A model generated the notes under the pieces. The model did no database searches, was not told the origin of the DNA, and worked only from the letters and a program-made list of their open reading frames with translations. From contig CAYYWO010000004.1 of assembly GCA_964474885.1 (NCBI GenBank), positions 12,923 to 76,922 on the forward strand: 64,000 nucleotides of DNA, in the 5' to 3' direction. The DNA is from Candidatus Hadarchaeota archaeon. Its GTDB lineage: Archaea > Hadarchaeota > Hadarchaeia > Hadarchaeales > JAWBSP01. Position 1 is the stretch's first letter. Every line of letters starts with the position of its first letter. Shown here one piece after another: positions 27,299 to 37,680 of the stretch. The position numbers and the translations under genes are program-made.

Positions 27299-27571
27299 TC
27301 AGTACTGGATCTCGAAATCGTCAAACTCTCCTTTTGGTCTCTCCCATTTGATCTCTACGCGCTCGACCTCCGCCCCTGGTGGGCCCTCGCGGCAGAACTC
27401 GAGCATCTTCTTAAGCGCTTCCTCCTCTCCCTCCATCACTGCCTCCACTCGGCCATCAGGCAAGTTCCTGACCCATCCTCGGACACCTAATTTCTTAGCC
27501 AGCTTCCTGGTGTGGTAACGGAAAAACACGCCTTGGACCAGGCCCGAGATCCACACATGGACACGTTTCAT
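27299..27571 (-). CDS. acyP: acylphosphatase
   Basis: 90 aa; [38 protein letters not shown] is the acylphosphatase signature. Confidence 0.85.
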   Translation of the reverse strand: MKRVHVWISGLVQGVFFRYHTRKLAKKLGVRGWVRNLPDGRVEAVMEGEEEALKKMLEFCREGPPGAEVERVEIKWERPKGEFDDFEIQY

Positions 27572-27760
27572 TCATTTGTACCTTGCCAGCTCGTCCGTGA
27601 CGTCAATCGAGGTAAGAAGCGTTATCCTACAGCAGTATCTGGTCAGGCCTAGATCGTCCAGTATTTTCTTCGGATCCTCTCCTGCCTTTCTCCTCCTCTC
27701 AAACTCCTCGTACTTGTCCGCGAGAAGCTTCCCGCACGTGATGCATCTTATGGGTCGCAT
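27572..27760 (-). CDS. rpoN: DNA-directed RNA polymerase subunit N (Rpb10 homolog)
   Basis: 62 aa; PIRCITCGK...YCCRITLL zinc-bundle motifs. Confidence 0.85.
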   Translation of the reverse strand: MRPIRCITCGKLLADKYEEFERRRKAGEDPKKILDDLGLTRYCCRITLLTSIDVTDELARYK

Positions 27761-28159
27761 CTAACGATAGCTTAGCTGGTATTTTGCTCTTGCGCCCCTG
27801 CGCTCGAACTTCTTCGGCTCCTTCTTCCTAGGATCGCTCTTCAAAAGGTACTCATCGAAGTTCCTGAACACCTCCTTCACGGAAGGATCATACTCCGCCA
27901 GAGCCCTCGCGATGGAAGTCCTGACGGCGTCGGCCTGGCCGGACCACCCTCCTCCCCTAACCTTCACCTCTATGTCCACCTGCTGCGCGAGATCTGGCAC
28001 CAGCATCAGGGGCTCGGAGATGCGGAGCCTAGCCAGTTCAGGCTCCCAACAACGCAGGGGAATCCCGTTTATGTAAACCCTTCCCTTGCCTTTCCGGACA
28101 ACAGCTCTAGCCACAGCGGTCTTCCTTTTGCCCACACCCATGACGACTTTCGCTTTCAA
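27761..28159 (-). CDS. rps9: ribosomal protein uS9
   Basis: GGGWSGQADAVRTSIARAL motif; 132 aa. Confidence 0.9.
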   Translation of the reverse strand: MKAKVVMGVGKRKTAVARAVVRKGKGRVYINGIPLRCWEPELARLRISEPLMLVPDLAQQVDIEVKVRGGGWSGQADAVRTSIARALAEYDPSVKEVFRNFDEYLLKSDPRKKEPKKFERRGARAKYQLSYR

Positions 28160-28590
28160 AATTTCGCCCCCAGGTGCTTACTTACTTCCCCAACCGTCAC
28201 AAACTTGCAGGCAAGCTTGTCAGCCATGGCATCCGGGAAGCGCACTTTTTCAACCTGCTTGAACTCGGCCGGGATACCAATATACACTCTCAATCTTCTC
28301 AGAGCAGCTCTCCCTTTGTACTTCTTCTTGGGGAGCATGCCCGCTATCGTCTGCCTCACAAGATCGTCCGGTCGCCTGTAGTGCTTCGGGCCCTTTCGCG
28401 GGTTTGCCCTGCCCCTTATCTCCATCCACTTATCAAACTCTTCAAAAACCATGTGTTTTTTTCCCGAGATCACAACCTTCTCGGCGTTCAGCACCACCAC
28501 TCTTTTCCCGCTGAGCAGGAGCTTAGCCACATAACTCCCCAGCCTGCCCAAGATGTGGTTCTCCCCGTCGACCACCACAAGCTCGGTCAT
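28156..28590 (-). CDS. rpl13: ribosomal protein uL13
   Basis: N-terminus VVDGENHILGRLGSYVAK; 144 aa. Confidence 0.9.
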   Translation of the reverse strand: MTELVVVDGENHILGRLGSYVAKLLLSGKRVVVLNAEKVVISGKKHMVFEEFDKWMEIRGRANPRKGPKHYRRPDDLVRQTIAGMLPKKKYKGRAALRRLRVYIGIPAEFKQVEKVRFPDAMADKLACKFVTVGEVSKHLGAKF

Positions 28591-28955
28591 GTTACGATGA
28601 GAATTCTCTTCCCGTTGGGATTTTCTTCCAAGAGTTCCTGCAATCCTATCGCTCTGCCCCCTGAACCCTCGATCTTCTCCCTAGCATTTCTTGAGAAGCG
28701 AAAAGCCGAGACGGTCACCGCTTTAGTTAGATTCCCACAGCCCAGGACCACCCCGGGTACCAAGATTGTTTCTCCTTCCCGGGCGAGTCTGTTTATCTTA
28801 CTCAAGTTAACCTCCACCCTCTTTCTCCTAGGCCTCGAGAGGAGTTCAGCCGCTTTAAGCCAGACCCTGACCTTCCGCTTCTTGCCCTCCTTCTCCAGCC
28901 TCTTGATGACCGCTTGCAGCCTGGGATTCGTTGGTCCGGTTGGCCTAGGCATCAT
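28587..28955 (-). CDS. rpl18e: ribosomal protein eL18 (L18e)
   Basis: 122 aa; PTNPRLQAVIKRLEK...GCGNLTKAVTVSA pattern. Confidence 0.85.
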   Translation of the reverse strand: MMPRPTGPTNPRLQAVIKRLEKEGKKRKVRVWLKAAELLSRPRRKRVEVNLSKINRLAREGETILVPGVVLGCGNLTKAVTVSAFRFSRNAREKIEGSGGRAIGLQELLEENPNGKRILIVT

Positions 28956-29145
28956 GCTTCTCTTCCGTCTCGCTTATATGTTCCCGCATCGCATCCAACT
29001 TGCGCACGATGTCATACAGGGAGATGCCTATCAGCAGGTAGCCCGCCCCGAGAACAAAGCCCCTCAAGATCATCGGGTGAGTAGGGGCCAACAGCGCGAT
29101 CACTAACCCTGCTACCAAGCAAACCACTAGGAGTTCCCCTTTCAA
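28945..29145 (-). CDS. small membrane protein (hypothetical)
   Basis: 66 aa, two hydrophobic helices; start and stop overlap flanking genes by 4 and 11 nt (operon-coupled). Confidence 0.4.
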   Translation of the reverse strand: MKGELLVVCLVAGLVIALLAPTHPMILRGFVLGAGYLLIGISLYDIVRKLDAMREHISETEEKHDA

Positions 29146-30545
29146 CCCTTTCCCTCCTCTCGTAGGATGCCACGGGCTGCCAGGATACCTGTGGCGGCTG
29201 CGGTAACTATACCCCTGGACAGGCCCGCCCCATCTCCGGCTGCGAAGATACCAGGGACCGAGGTCTGCATCCCTTCGTCCACATCCAGCTTCACGGCATA
29301 AAGCTTGATCTCAGGGGCGTAAAGCAGAGTAGAGTCGGATGCCAGGCCTGGCATCACTCGGTCTAGACTCTCTATCGCCTCCAACAGATCTGTGACGATC
29401 CTTCCAGGCAGAGCCATAGATATGTCCCCGGGTGTGACGCTCCTGAGGGTGGGTTTCACCTCCATTATCCTATCCCATGTGGACCTTCTCCCCCTTCTCA
29501 GGTCCCCGAGCGTCTGAAGGAGGGGGTACCCTCCCCCTATGGTCGTAGCAAGCCTAGCGATAGAGATCCCGTAGGCCAGAGTGTTGGTCACGGGCTGGGT
29601 GAGGGCGACCTTGACCAACAAGGCGAAGTTGACGTTCTCCGACTTCCTTCCCCTCAGACTCTGCCCGTTTACGCCCGCGAAATCTCCGTACCTCTCCTCC
29701 ATAACGAACCCTTGGTAGTTAGTGCAAAAAGTCCGGATGAAGTCCCTGAAGGTTCGAGTCAGGATGTGAAACTTGGGGTCCCAGGTCACCTCGATGACCT
29801 CCCTCATCACTTCCGCCTTCGTCTCGATCCTAGCCCCGACATCAATCGGCCCGTAGTTGAAGCGCATACCCAGACGCTTGGCCTCCTCCAGCAGCCACTC
29901 CGCACCAAAGCGTCCCGGTGCTAGCAGGATGTACTTGGCCCTCAGCCTCCTCCCGTCCGCCTTTACAAAACCAGGACCTACACGCCTCGCCCTTACCCCA
30001 GTCAGGATTCGCACCCCCTCGGATCTCAGCTCCTGTACGAGGGAACCGAATATCTTGGGCAAAAGCTCGCTGCCGATGTGCCTTTGCCTTACAGGGATAA
30101 AAGTAATGCCAGCCGATTTAGCTCTCCTCACCAGCCACTCCACTTTGGCCTCGACACCTTTCACCTCTCGGGGGGCCCCATGTTCCAGCAATATTTCATC
30201 CACCTCTCGTACGAGCTCCCACGCCCTCTTCTCACCCCCTGCTATCCTGCTTAGATCCCCGCCTACGAAGGGGCTCAGGTTCAGCGTCCCACTGGACATC
30301 CCTCCTGCCCCTCCAACGCCGCACATGACATTGCAGGGCTGGCATCGGATGCACTTTCCTCTTTCAGTTGCCGGACAATGTCGCTCCTCTATGTCCTTCC
30401 CCATGTCCAAGACCAGAACAGACAGTCCTGCTTTGGACAGAGTTCTGGCGGCGAAAAGTCCAGCTGGGCCTGCTCCAACAATTATAACGTCCCTCATCCT
30501 CCCCGCACCGTCCCCTCTAGAACTCTTATCCTTATCACTATCCAC
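29142..30545 (-). CDS. FAD-dependent oxidoreductase (COG2509-like)
   Basis: DVIIVGAGPAGLFAA dinucleotide motif, then CIRCQPCNVMCGVGGAG; 467 aa. Confidence 0.75.
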   Translation of the reverse strand: MDSDKDKSSRGDGAGRMRDVIIVGAGPAGLFAARTLSKAGLSVLVLDMGKDIEERHCPATERGKCIRCQPCNVMCGVGGAGGMSSGTLNLSPFVGGDLSRIAGGEKRAWELVREVDEILLEHGAPREVKGVEAKVEWLVRRAKSAGITFIPVRQRHIGSELLPKIFGSLVQELRSEGVRILTGVRARRVGPGFVKADGRRLRAKYILLAPGRFGAEWLLEEAKRLGMRFNYGPIDVGARIETKAEVMREVIEVTWDPKFHILTRTFRDFIRTFCTNYQGFVMEERYGDFAGVNGQSLRGRKSENVNFALLVKVALTQPVTNTLAYGISIARLATTIGGGYPLLQTLGDLRRGRRSTWDRIMEVKPTLRSVTPGDISMALPGRIVTDLLEAIESLDRVMPGLASDSTLLYAPEIKLYAVKLDVDEGMQTSVPGIFAAGDGAGLSRGIVTAAATGILAARGILREEGKG

Positions 30546-30693
30546 TCTTCAAGTGTGAACTTATCCCGTCAATAAATGTTAATGATATTGTGGCTAGGTA
30601 ACAGCAAACAGGAATCACCGTGTTTCTTTATAGCGGCCTTCTGGCTTAAGAAAATCTCGATATTCTTCGGGAACGCACGAACTAGGGGTGCAT

Positions 30694-31503
30694 CTACCAG
30701 CTAGTTAGGGGGCGACCACCACTAGAATCTCTACTTAACAGCTGCCCGATTCTGCCTAGGTAAGTTCCGTCGAGTAGGTAGGCCTCGAGCTCTTCCCAGT
30801 TTAGGGCACCGCTCCTGATCAGAGGGCCTATGAGCTCGTCGGGAGGTTGCAGGTTGACGGCCGACCCTCTGACGACCCGACTGAAGGAAGGAAGGATTAT
30901 CACCTCAGGGCACCCAGAAAAACGCAGGTCGGGAGGCAACCGCTGCGGGTGCAGAGACCCCTTCAGCCAGGCAGGCTCGATCTTCCTCCCTCCCTGGGCA
31001 TCTTTGAACTCGAATGCCGGATGCATGTGTCCCATCACGAGCACTTTGCAGTTCAGCACCTCCGAGGAGGGCCATGCATGCCCGTGGATAAAGCCTACCT
31101 CCCCTACTTTGATGCCCGAAGCAGAATGCAGTCTGACACCCCTCGGTACCATCCCCTCTAAGTCCCCGTCGTGGTTCCCGAGGATCACCTCGACTTCAGC
31201 CTTCCTAAGCAACTCCTCGAAAAACTCGGGTAGTTCTTGCCACTCCAGCCATGCGGTCCGGGGCACATTGTGCTTGACGTCACCCAAGAGCAGGACTCGC
31301 TCGAGCCTATACCTATCTAAGAGCTGATTTATCCTGCGCTTGATGTCCGGGAGCTGGCTGGGCAGGCTAACACCTGCCTCCGCGAGTTCGCTCTCAATCC
31401 CCAGATGCAAATCCGCGATGACAAGCATTTTAAAGTCTCGGTAAATCATCGCCGGGTGATTGGGTACGAGCTGTAGTCTCAACTTATCCCTTCCAAACTC
31501 CAA
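30694..31503 (-). CDS. metallophosphoesterase (calcineurin-like)
   Basis: Motifs IADLHLG, LGDVKHN, GNHDGD, GHMHP. Confidence 0.75.
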   Translation of the reverse strand: MEFGRDKLRLQLVPNHPAMIYRDFKMLVIADLHLGIESELAEAGVSLPSQLPDIKRRINQLLDRYRLERVLLLGDVKHNVPRTAWLEWQELPEFFEELLRKAEVEVILGNHDGDLEGMVPRGVRLHSASGIKVGEVGFIHGHAWPSSEVLNCKVLVMGHMHPAFEFKDAQGGRKIEPAWLKGSLHPQRLPPDLRFSGCPEVIILPSFSRVVRGSAVNLQPPDELIGPLIRSGALNWEELEAYLLDGTYLGRIGQLLSRDSSGGRPLTSW

Positions 31504-31765
31504 TCGCCAGACCTATCGCGAAAGCAACAAAGCCATAAGAGGCGTTACCTATCACCCCTTGCGTCCAGGAGGCAAGTGTGGGGAGAGCCTGGGCAGCCTT
31601 CTCCCACAGATCAGGGATCTTCACCGTTGCCACGCCAGCCACCGTAAGCAACGACAACAGGGCTATGACGAGGGTCACGAGCTTAATCGCCTGCTTGACA
31701 AAAAGACCCACCAGCAGGCCGAAAATGAAGGGCAGAACCAGCGGGAATAGCCACTCATAACTCAT
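31484..31765 (-). CDS. small membrane protein (hypothetical)
   Basis: 93 aa, three hydrophobic segments; overlaps both neighbours by 4 and 20 nt. Confidence 0.4.
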   Translation of the reverse strand: MSYEWLFPLVLPFIFGLLVGLFVKQAIKLVTLVIALLSLLTVAGVATVKIPDLWEKAAQALPTLASWTQGVIGNASYGFVAFAIGLAIGVWKG

Positions 31766-32685
31766 GCCAGTTCAAGCCATCCCCTGTAGCGCGGAACCTT
31801 CCCCCTGACGGTTTCAAAGAAGATGTTCTGAATCTTCCTCGTCACAGGCCAGTTTCCCCTCCCTATTGTCTTCCCCTCTATCTCCCTCACAGGTGTGACC
31901 TCTGCCGCGGTCCCCGTGAAGAAAACCTCATCCGCCTCCAGGAGCTCCTCGACCGTTAAATCCTTCTCTTGAAAAGGTATCCCCTCATCCCGAGCTATCT
32001 GGATGACGGAGTCCCGAGTTATCCCAGGCAGTATGCCTGCCTCGATGGGTGGAGTAAGGAGCTTCCCCTCCCTGACAATGAAGAGGTTCTCACCTGGGCC
32101 CTCCGCCACTTTGTTGTCCAGATTAAGGAGAATTGCTTCATCATAGCCCGCCTGCAGTGCATCCAGCTTCGCCAAAATAGAATTCGCGTAGTTTGCCACT
32201 AGCTTCGATTGAGGAGGGAGGATGCGTTTGTCTATTCTCCGCCATCGGGAGATCTTGACTCTGACCCCTCTTCTCAGGCCTTCCTCGCCCAAGTACGTCC
32301 CCCAAGGCCAGGTAGCTATGGCCACATGGACGGGAGCCCCTGAAGGGTTTAGGCCCATGACACCGTAGCCGTGGAAGGCTATGGGCCTGATGTAGCACTC
32401 CTCCAGCCCATTCACTCTGATCAGGCGCTTGGTTGCTTGAACCAATTCCTCAACGGAGTAGGGGATTCTCATCCCTATGAGCGAAGCCGAAGCGTGCAAC
32501 CTCTTCATATGATCCGTTAAGCGGAAAACTGCGGGCCCCTCCTCAGTCTTGTAACAACGTATCCCCTCGAAGACGCCGAATCCGTAGTGCAGAGTATGTG
32601 TCAGGACGTGGATTTTCGCTTCTTCCCAAGGTACAAGGTTTCCATCCATCCATATGTACTTGGTCGGAGTAATGCCGGATTTCAT
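31762..32685 (-). CDS. ilvE: branched-chain amino acid aminotransferase
   Basis: N-terminus YIWMDGNLVPWEEAKIHVLTHTLHYGFGVFEGIRCY; 307 aa. Confidence 0.9.
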   Translation of the reverse strand: MKSGITPTKYIWMDGNLVPWEEAKIHVLTHTLHYGFGVFEGIRCYKTEEGPAVFRLTDHMKRLHASASLIGMRIPYSVEELVQATKRLIRVNGLEECYIRPIAFHGYGVMGLNPSGAPVHVAIATWPWGTYLGEEGLRRGVRVKISRWRRIDKRILPPQSKLVANYANSILAKLDALQAGYDEAILLNLDNKVAEGPGENLFIVREGKLLTPPIEAGILPGITRDSVIQIARDEGIPFQEKDLTVEELLEADEVFFTGTAAEVTPVREIEGKTIGRGNWPVTRKIQNIFFETVRGKVPRYRGWLELA

Positions 32686-32862
32686 CCCATCCTCACACTC
32701 TTTGTTTTAAGTCCCTATACACAAGTCCCAGATGTTGCAAAATCCCGGTGATTCCGGACAGATGTCAGAGTAATCTACCATGAAAACATTGAGCACTATC
32801 ATCTATTTGAAATGGGAGGCAAGACTCATCACACAATTGCCTGCTTGAGCGAAACTGCAGGA

Positions 32863-32869
32863 AAAAAAT
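32863..32869 (-). terminator. oligo-T tract (T7 on minus strand) about 20 nt downstream of rpl18 stop
   Basis: Plus strand AAAAAAA = minus TTTTTTT immediately after the last gene of the r-protein operon. Oligo-T is the archaeal termination signal. Confidence 0.4.
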
Positions 32870-32888
32870 CGAAACTCTGACAATGGGT

Positions 32889-33482
32889 TTATTCTGAGAA
32901 AACCGAATCGATTCTCGATTTGACCTCCTCGAAATGCTGTACTATATTTTCAGGCAACAGCCCGCGCTGGAGGTACTCTGAGAATCTCTTGTTCCTCTCC
33001 TCCTCAGTCAGCATCTTCGCGTAACTTGCTATGTGCTCCCCTCGAATTCTCTCCTTGGGAGGCAGGACGGATGGATCATGGGGAATTGCCATGCCGGCAT
33101 CCACAGCGCCCTTCAAAGCCGCAAAAACCCTCGCACCCGGAGTGGGCTGATGGAGGCCAATGTCTAGGATGCCCTCAGTTATCCCCCTCTTCAGGCTTCG
33201 CTTGGCGCAGAGGTACCCGGCAAGGTATGCGGCAGGTGTATTGCTACCCCCTTTCCAGCCGAATTTTCTCAGCTCCTTCAAATCTGCCCAGCACAAAGTG
33301 ACATCACCCCGCGAATCGTACTTGACCAGGTGGACTATCACTCTCCTGTTGCTGAGTCTCACAACCAACCTAGGCTTGCCGGACAACAATAACTTGAGCC
33401 TGCGCTTGTAATCAGTCTTGCCCTCTCTCCTCCTTCTGAAGGGAACCCTATACCTAGGACCTGACTTCACCAAGCTCCACAC
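32889..33482 (-). CDS. rpl18: ribosomal protein uL18
   Basis: [18 protein letters not shown]; 197 aa. Confidence 0.9.
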   Translation of the reverse strand: MWSLVKSGPRYRVPFRRRREGKTDYKRRLKLLLSGKPRLVVRLSNRRVIVHLVKYDSRGDVTLCWADLKELRKFGWKGGSNTPAAYLAGYLCAKRSLKRGITEGILDIGLHQPTPGARVFAALKGAVDAGMAIPHDPSVLPPKERIRGEHIASYAKMLTEEERNKRFSEYLQRGLLPENIVQHFEEVKSRIDSVFSE

Positions 33483-33888
33483 CCCTCTCGCGTAGGTATG
33501 CCAGCAGGTGAGAGCGATCCCTGAAGAATCCCCCCTTTACCATCCGGTAGAGTTCCCGGTAAAAGGAGCGTTCTATCGCTCCCTTCTCCCTCAACTCGGA
33601 CAAAGTTTTCCTCAGGGCGCGCACCCTCCTCATCCACTTCTCTTTTTCCGATTCGATCGCTCCTTTTCTGCTACCCGGACCCCTTCGCTTGCCCTTTCTC
33701 GCCCTCTTCCTTCCTCTCGAGACGGATGCTTCGGGCTTCTTCCTGATGATTCCCCTCTTTATCAGCTTGCGCACATCATCCTTTGTTATGGCCGTCTGGA
33801 CCTCATCCTTCCTGTCAGGGTCTATCCAGACTCGACTCTCCCCCACGCCCAAGATCTGAGCTGCCATCCGCCTCTGGAGCCTCGTCAT
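33454..33888 (-). CDS. rpl19e: ribosomal protein eL19
   Basis: [24 protein letters not shown]; 144 aa. Confidence 0.9.
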   Translation of the reverse strand: MTRLQRRMAAQILGVGESRVWIDPDRKDEVQTAITKDDVRKLIKRGIIRKKPEASVSRGRKRARKGKRRGPGSRKGAIESEKEKWMRRVRALRKTLSELREKGAIERSFYRELYRMVKGGFFRDRSHLLAYLRERGVELGEVRS

Positions 33889-34229
33889 GGATTAAGCACC
33901 CTTATTCCTCTTTCTCTGGCGAGTTCAAGAATCATACGTCTCTTGCGCTCTCCAACCGAGGAAGCTATCCTTATTGCTTCCGCAGCTGGGTTCACCTTTT
34001 CCACTTGTCTGGGGTTTTCGATCAGGACTTCCCTCAGGCCGCAAGGGTGGAGGCCCCTCACCTTCTTGGGTTGCCGGTATCCTATCTTGACTATTGGAGG
34101 TTTACCTTTTTTCTGAAGTCTCATCTTGCTGTCTTTCCCCTTGGGCTTCCTCCATTCCTCTCCCAGCCTGCCGTATCTCCACCACTCCTGCCTCCTAAAT
34201 TCCGGAACCTCACGCTTCTTCAGCCTCAT
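33885..34229 (-). CDS. rpl32e: ribosomal protein eL32
   Basis: EFRRQEWWRYGRLGEEWRKPKG; 114 aa. Confidence 0.9.
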   Translation of the reverse strand: MRLKKREVPEFRRQEWWRYGRLGEEWRKPKGKDSKMRLQKKGKPPIVKIGYRQPKKVRGLHPCGLREVLIENPRQVEKVNPAAEAIRIASSVGERKRRMILELARERGIRVLNP

Positions 34230-34756
34230 GAAATTCTATAGATTCCGTCTTGGAATACTCTCGGGTCCCTGCGCTTAATTTTGGTGGCATTCTCGATGTT
34301 CAGAGCCGTCTGACCAACCTCGTACTTGTCTATCCCTTCAACGATTACCTCATCCCCCTCCACCCTGACCTTGGCATCCCCAACTATCTCAGCCACCCTG
34401 GGGGCCTTTTCGCCCAGGAAGTTGGAAATTATCACTTTTCTCCCTTCCACCTTGACACTTATCGGGAAGTGCGCGTAGACTATTTTCATCTTGACCGTCC
34501 AGCCCTCCGTGACACCCTTTATCGCGTTCCTTATCAGTGCCTTGACTGTTCCCACCATGGCCTTGTGCTTCCTCTTCTCAAACTTACTCTTTATCACAAT
34601 CGTCCTGTCCTCAGCAGAGATGGACAGCCAGTTGAGCCAGGGCTGGTCGAAGGATCTTTTGAGCTGTCCTTTCGGGCCGGAGATGATAATCGTCCTATCC
34701 TTAATGGAAAAATCTATTCCCTCGGGTATCCGAATTCTCTCCTCCAACATTACCAC
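34226..34756 (-). CDS. rpl6: ribosomal protein uL6
   Basis: [24 protein letters not shown]; 176 aa. Confidence 0.9.
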   Translation of the reverse strand: MVMLEERIRIPEGIDFSIKDRTIIISGPKGQLKRSFDQPWLNWLSISAEDRTIVIKSKFEKRKHKAMVGTVKALIRNAIKGVTEGWTVKMKIVYAHFPISVKVEGRKVIISNFLGEKAPRVAEIVGDAKVRVEGDEVIVEGIDKYEVGQTALNIENATKIKRRDPRVFQDGIYRIS

Positions 34757-35139
34757 ACGTAGGCGAGAAGTTTTCCCCCGAGCCCGCGTTCCTTAGCTTC
34801 TTTATTGGTCATCACGCCTTGAGGGGTCGAAACGATCAGGATACCGAGGTTCGCTGCAGGCAGATATCTCTTCTCCCACTTTTCGAATTCATCCTTCTTC
34901 ACGGAGAAACGCGGTTTGATCACATTGCAGTCGTTTATCTTCCCTACGAGCTTTATCTTGAACTTTCCACCCCTCCCATCCTCCTCACGCTCGAAGTCAC
35001 CGATGTACCCTTCCCGCTTCATCAGCTCCAAGATCCTACCTATGAGTTTTGAAGCCGGTCTGGTCACCACTTCCTTCTTCCTCGCCCTCTCGTAGTTCTT
35101 TATCATAGAGAGTGTATCAGCGAGCGGATCGTGTTGCAT
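34750..35139 (-). CDS. rps8: ribosomal protein uS8
   Basis: [21 protein letters not shown]; 129 aa. Confidence 0.9.
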   Translation of the reverse strand: MQHDPLADTLSMIKNYERARKKEVVTRPASKLIGRILELMKREGYIGDFEREEDGRGGKFKIKLVGKINDCNVIKPRFSVKKDEFEKWEKRYLPAANLGILIVSTPQGVMTNKEAKERGLGGKLLAYVW

Positions 35140-35144
35140 GGTTC

Positions 35145-35291
35145 TCAGTTGTACTTTTTGAATCCCATCTTAGGTGCCATCTCCCTGAAGCACCTTCTAC
35201 AAAGGAAGAGGTTATACCTAGTTATGACTGGGCCTATCCTCCCGCACCTCCTGCAAGGATGAGCTCCCTTTCCCCAGCGCTTTGGTGGCAT
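35145..35291 (-). CDS. rps14: ribosomal protein uS14 (type Z, zinc-binding); below the size cutoff of the supplied ORF track
   Basis: Manual translation of the minus strand gives [48 protein letters not shown] (48 aa), with CRRCG...CRRC. The start overlaps the L5 stop (TGATG) and the gene sits in the canonical L5-S14-S8 position. Confidence 0.8.
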   Translation of the reverse strand: MPPKRWGKGAHPCRRCGRIGPVITRYNLFLCRRCFREMAPKMGFKKYN

Positions 35292-35815
35292 CAGACTATT
35301 TGAACCCCAAAGTTATTTTTTACCCACTCCATCGCCTCTTCCTTGGAGACCCTGAAGCTTCTTGGTAACTTCTTTCTACACCTCTTCCGCCTGGCTATCC
35401 GGTAACCCCTCCTCCTCAGCGACACGCACACATCCATGCCAAAAATACCGATATTGGGGTCGTACTTCATGCCCGGTATCTCTATGTACTCCTTGATGCC
35501 GAAGGCGAAGTTGCCCTGACCGTCGAAACATGATGCCTTCAGTTTATTGTCGACCGCCTTCAGGAGAAGTCCTAAGATCTCCATCCCCTTCTCTCCCCTG
35601 AGTGTGACCATACAGCCGATGGGCTCGCGTTTTTTCACCCCCCACTCGCGTATCGTTTTCCTCGCAATGGTGCGCTTTGGTTTTCTCCCGGTCAGCCTTA
35701 TCAGAACCTGTTCCGCCCTATCTAGTTTCTCTCCACTCTCCCCAACGCCTATGTTGATAACGACTTTGTCCAGCAAAACTTCTTGCATAGGATTCCGAAT
35801 CAACGGTCTCTTCAT
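35291..35815 (-). CDS. rpl5: ribosomal protein uL5
   Basis: [14 protein letters not shown]...[13 protein letters not shown]; 174 aa. Confidence 0.9.
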   Translation of the reverse strand: MKRPLIRNPMQEVLLDKVVINIGVGESGEKLDRAEQVLIRLTGRKPKRTIARKTIREWGVKKREPIGCMVTLRGEKGMEILGLLLKAVDNKLKASCFDGQGNFAFGIKEYIEIPGMKYDPNIGIFGMDVCVSLRRRGYRIARRKRCRKKLPRSFRVSKEEAMEWVKNNFGVQIV

Positions 35816-36534
35816 TGTTCTGGCAATGAGATAAGGGGAGTTTCCCTGCCGATTGGAAAGACATACTGCTGGATGGTTTCGAATTCTTCACTGTCGCTTC
35901 TCAATACCACACTGGTTCTCCCCATGCCTAACCTTCTCACCTCAACCACCCTCCCCACCCTGGACACATTCTTCCCTCCGGATACATAAACAAGTGCTCC
36001 TCTCTCGAGTTTGATCACATCCAGCACTTTCTGCTCCGGCAGGGAGATCTTCAGAGAATCCCCGATCTTGTGATCTACCTGACCATCGAAGATGAAGGTC
36101 CTTCCGTCGTGAGTGCAAAGTTGGATCTTTCCTCCCTTAATCATTTTCTTCCTTTCGATCCTACACAGCTTGAAAGAAGACTCCTCCTCCGGGATCTGTT
36201 TAGGGAAGGGCCTCTCGTGATTGTCCAGAAGAATCCTGTAGTATAGCCCAGCGGAGGGGAAGGAAACAACGTCCATTAGGCCGGTTGGAAACTTGTGCTC
36301 TCTCACAACTCTCCCATCCACCAGGACCCTCCCTTCCTTCAGCACCTTCTTGGCCTCCCTGAGGTTTCCCACCAGCTTCAGATAATCCCTCAATAAAACC
36401 CCTAGAGGTACGGAACGTACAGCTGAGTGTGGGCCCGGCTGGGGTTTGACCAGCCAAGTCGCAAGCTTCCTAGGTACCTTTAGCGGAGGTGCAGCATGCC
36501 TCTTCAAATGTTTGCTTTCACCCATCCGCGCCAT
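35812..36534 (-). CDS. rps4e: ribosomal protein eS4
   Basis: HLKRHAAPPLKVPRK...FPTGLMDVV; 240 aa. Confidence 0.9.
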   Translation of the reverse strand: MARMGESKHLKRHAAPPLKVPRKLATWLVKPQPGPHSAVRSVPLGVLLRDYLKLVGNLREAKKVLKEGRVLVDGRVVREHKFPTGLMDVVSFPSAGLYYRILLDNHERPFPKQIPEEESSFKLCRIERKKMIKGGKIQLCTHDGRTFIFDGQVDHKIGDSLKISLPEQKVLDVIKLERGALVYVSGGKNVSRVGRVVEVRRLGMGRTSVVLRSDSEEFETIQQYVFPIGRETPLISLPEQ

Positions 36535-36540
36535 CTCGCT

Positions 36541-37080
36541 CTACGGAGTACCACAAATATGCTTTTTCAATCTCTCGATTTGCTCCCTCAGCGCGATCAG
36601 TCTCCCGATGGCCGGGTGATCTTCCCCCAGCTTCCGTCTGAAATTCGCCAGCGTCTTCTCGAAAGGAACCTCCCTGTCACCTTCCACCAGCTTGTCAGCG
36701 TACGCAACTATCTTCTCCTCAAGAGTCTGAGGAAAAAAATTCCTTGCTGGTAAACCTAAGCTTCTCGCCTCGCTAGCAGGCAATCCTCCCCCAATGTGAT
36801 TCTCCGCGAAGCCAGCATACTCATCGAGCCCCATCTCCCTCAGTATTCTTCCACCCTCCACGCCGTGGGATATCCCGTGGGTTCTGGCCCTCCCGATGTC
36901 ATGCAGAATTGCCCCCACCTTCACTTTCTCCACATCTACTTGAAGATGACGCGAGAACTCCTCGGCTATTCTTGCAGCAACCCGGGCAACGGCCCGGCAA
37001 TGCTTAATTACCTCTTCAGAGCACCCGGCCCTTCTTAGAACCTCAAGCGCCTCCTCAGTGCTCAACGCCTTCTTTCGCAA
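36541..37080 (-). CDS. HD-domain phosphohydrolase (HDIG-type)
   Basis: ILHDIGRARTHGISHGVEGGRIL (H..HD..) motif; 179 aa. Confidence 0.75.
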   Translation of the reverse strand: MRKKALSTEEALEVLRRAGCSEEVIKHCRAVARVAARIAEEFSRHLQVDVEKVKVGAILHDIGRARTHGISHGVEGGRILREMGLDEYAGFAENHIGGGLPASEARSLGLPARNFFPQTLEEKIVAYADKLVEGDREVPFEKTLANFRRKLGEDHPAIGRLIALREQIERLKKHICGTP

Positions 37081-37636
37081 GCTCCTGCTCCAAAAGCTTT
37101 ATCTTGCTTTCCAGACTCTTCACCACGGGGGTGTTGTCGTAGTAGTCTAACTTTTCCCCACAAGTTGGACAAAGAAAATTGAGTTCCATAGCTACATCCA
37201 TGGGTATCTTGGGACAGTTATTGGGACACCTAAAGAAAACCGTCCCCCGCTCATACTCAAGCCTCTCCTTCAGCCTATCGAGCATCCTCTTCTTGTGTAT
37301 CCGCAAGTACTCCTTGGCCCTCTGGGGCTCTATATACCAGTGGTAAACATACCAGCCCGTGCCATCGTCTCTCGTACGCCTGTAGTTCACCAAGCGCATG
37401 TCATACAGGTCGTACAGGATCCTCCTGACGACATGGGCTTTGAGCCCTGTAGCCTTCGCCAGTCCGTCGTCCGTTAGCTCCTTTCTCATCAGGGCGGAGA
37501 TCACCTTAAAACCCGGATCCCCAGCAACGGTTTCGATCACCTCCTTTATCTCCTTGTCCGGCAGGTCCTCCTTTCCCACCCCTTCCCTTGTCTTCCTCGG
37601 TCGCTTCACGGCTTTTTTCTGCTTCATGGCGTCCAT
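37055..37636 (-). CDS. tfe: transcription factor E (TFIIE-alpha homolog)
   Basis: Winged helix (LAKATGLKAHVVRRILYDLYDMRLVNYRRTRDDGTGWYVYHWY) plus zinc ribbon (CPNNCPK...CPTCGEKL). Confidence 0.8.
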   Translation of the reverse strand: MDAMKQKKAVKRPRKTREGVGKEDLPDKEIKEVIETVAGDPGFKVISALMRKELTDDGLAKATGLKAHVVRRILYDLYDMRLVNYRRTRDDGTGWYVYHWYIEPQRAKEYLRIHKKRMLDRLKERLEYERGTVFFRCPNNCPKIPMDVAMELNFLCPTCGEKLDYYDNTPVVKSLESKIKLLEQELAKEGVEH

Positions 37637-37680
37637 GTCCCATATCCCCTTTTTTTAATCTCGATTTGTATGGAAGACAC

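Noticed and set aside
26960-27324. Minus-strand ORFs 26960-27247 and 27007-27324
   Set aside because: Low-complexity Ser/Arg-rich translations. One overlaps the acylphosphatase 3' end. The region is treated instead as a possible ncRNA locus.
32700-32800. Possible C/D box sRNA on the minus strand (GTGATGAG ... ATGATAG ... CTGA)
   Set aside because: Box-to-box distance is about 68 nt and no terminal stem or D' box is evident, so this is not convincing without expression data.
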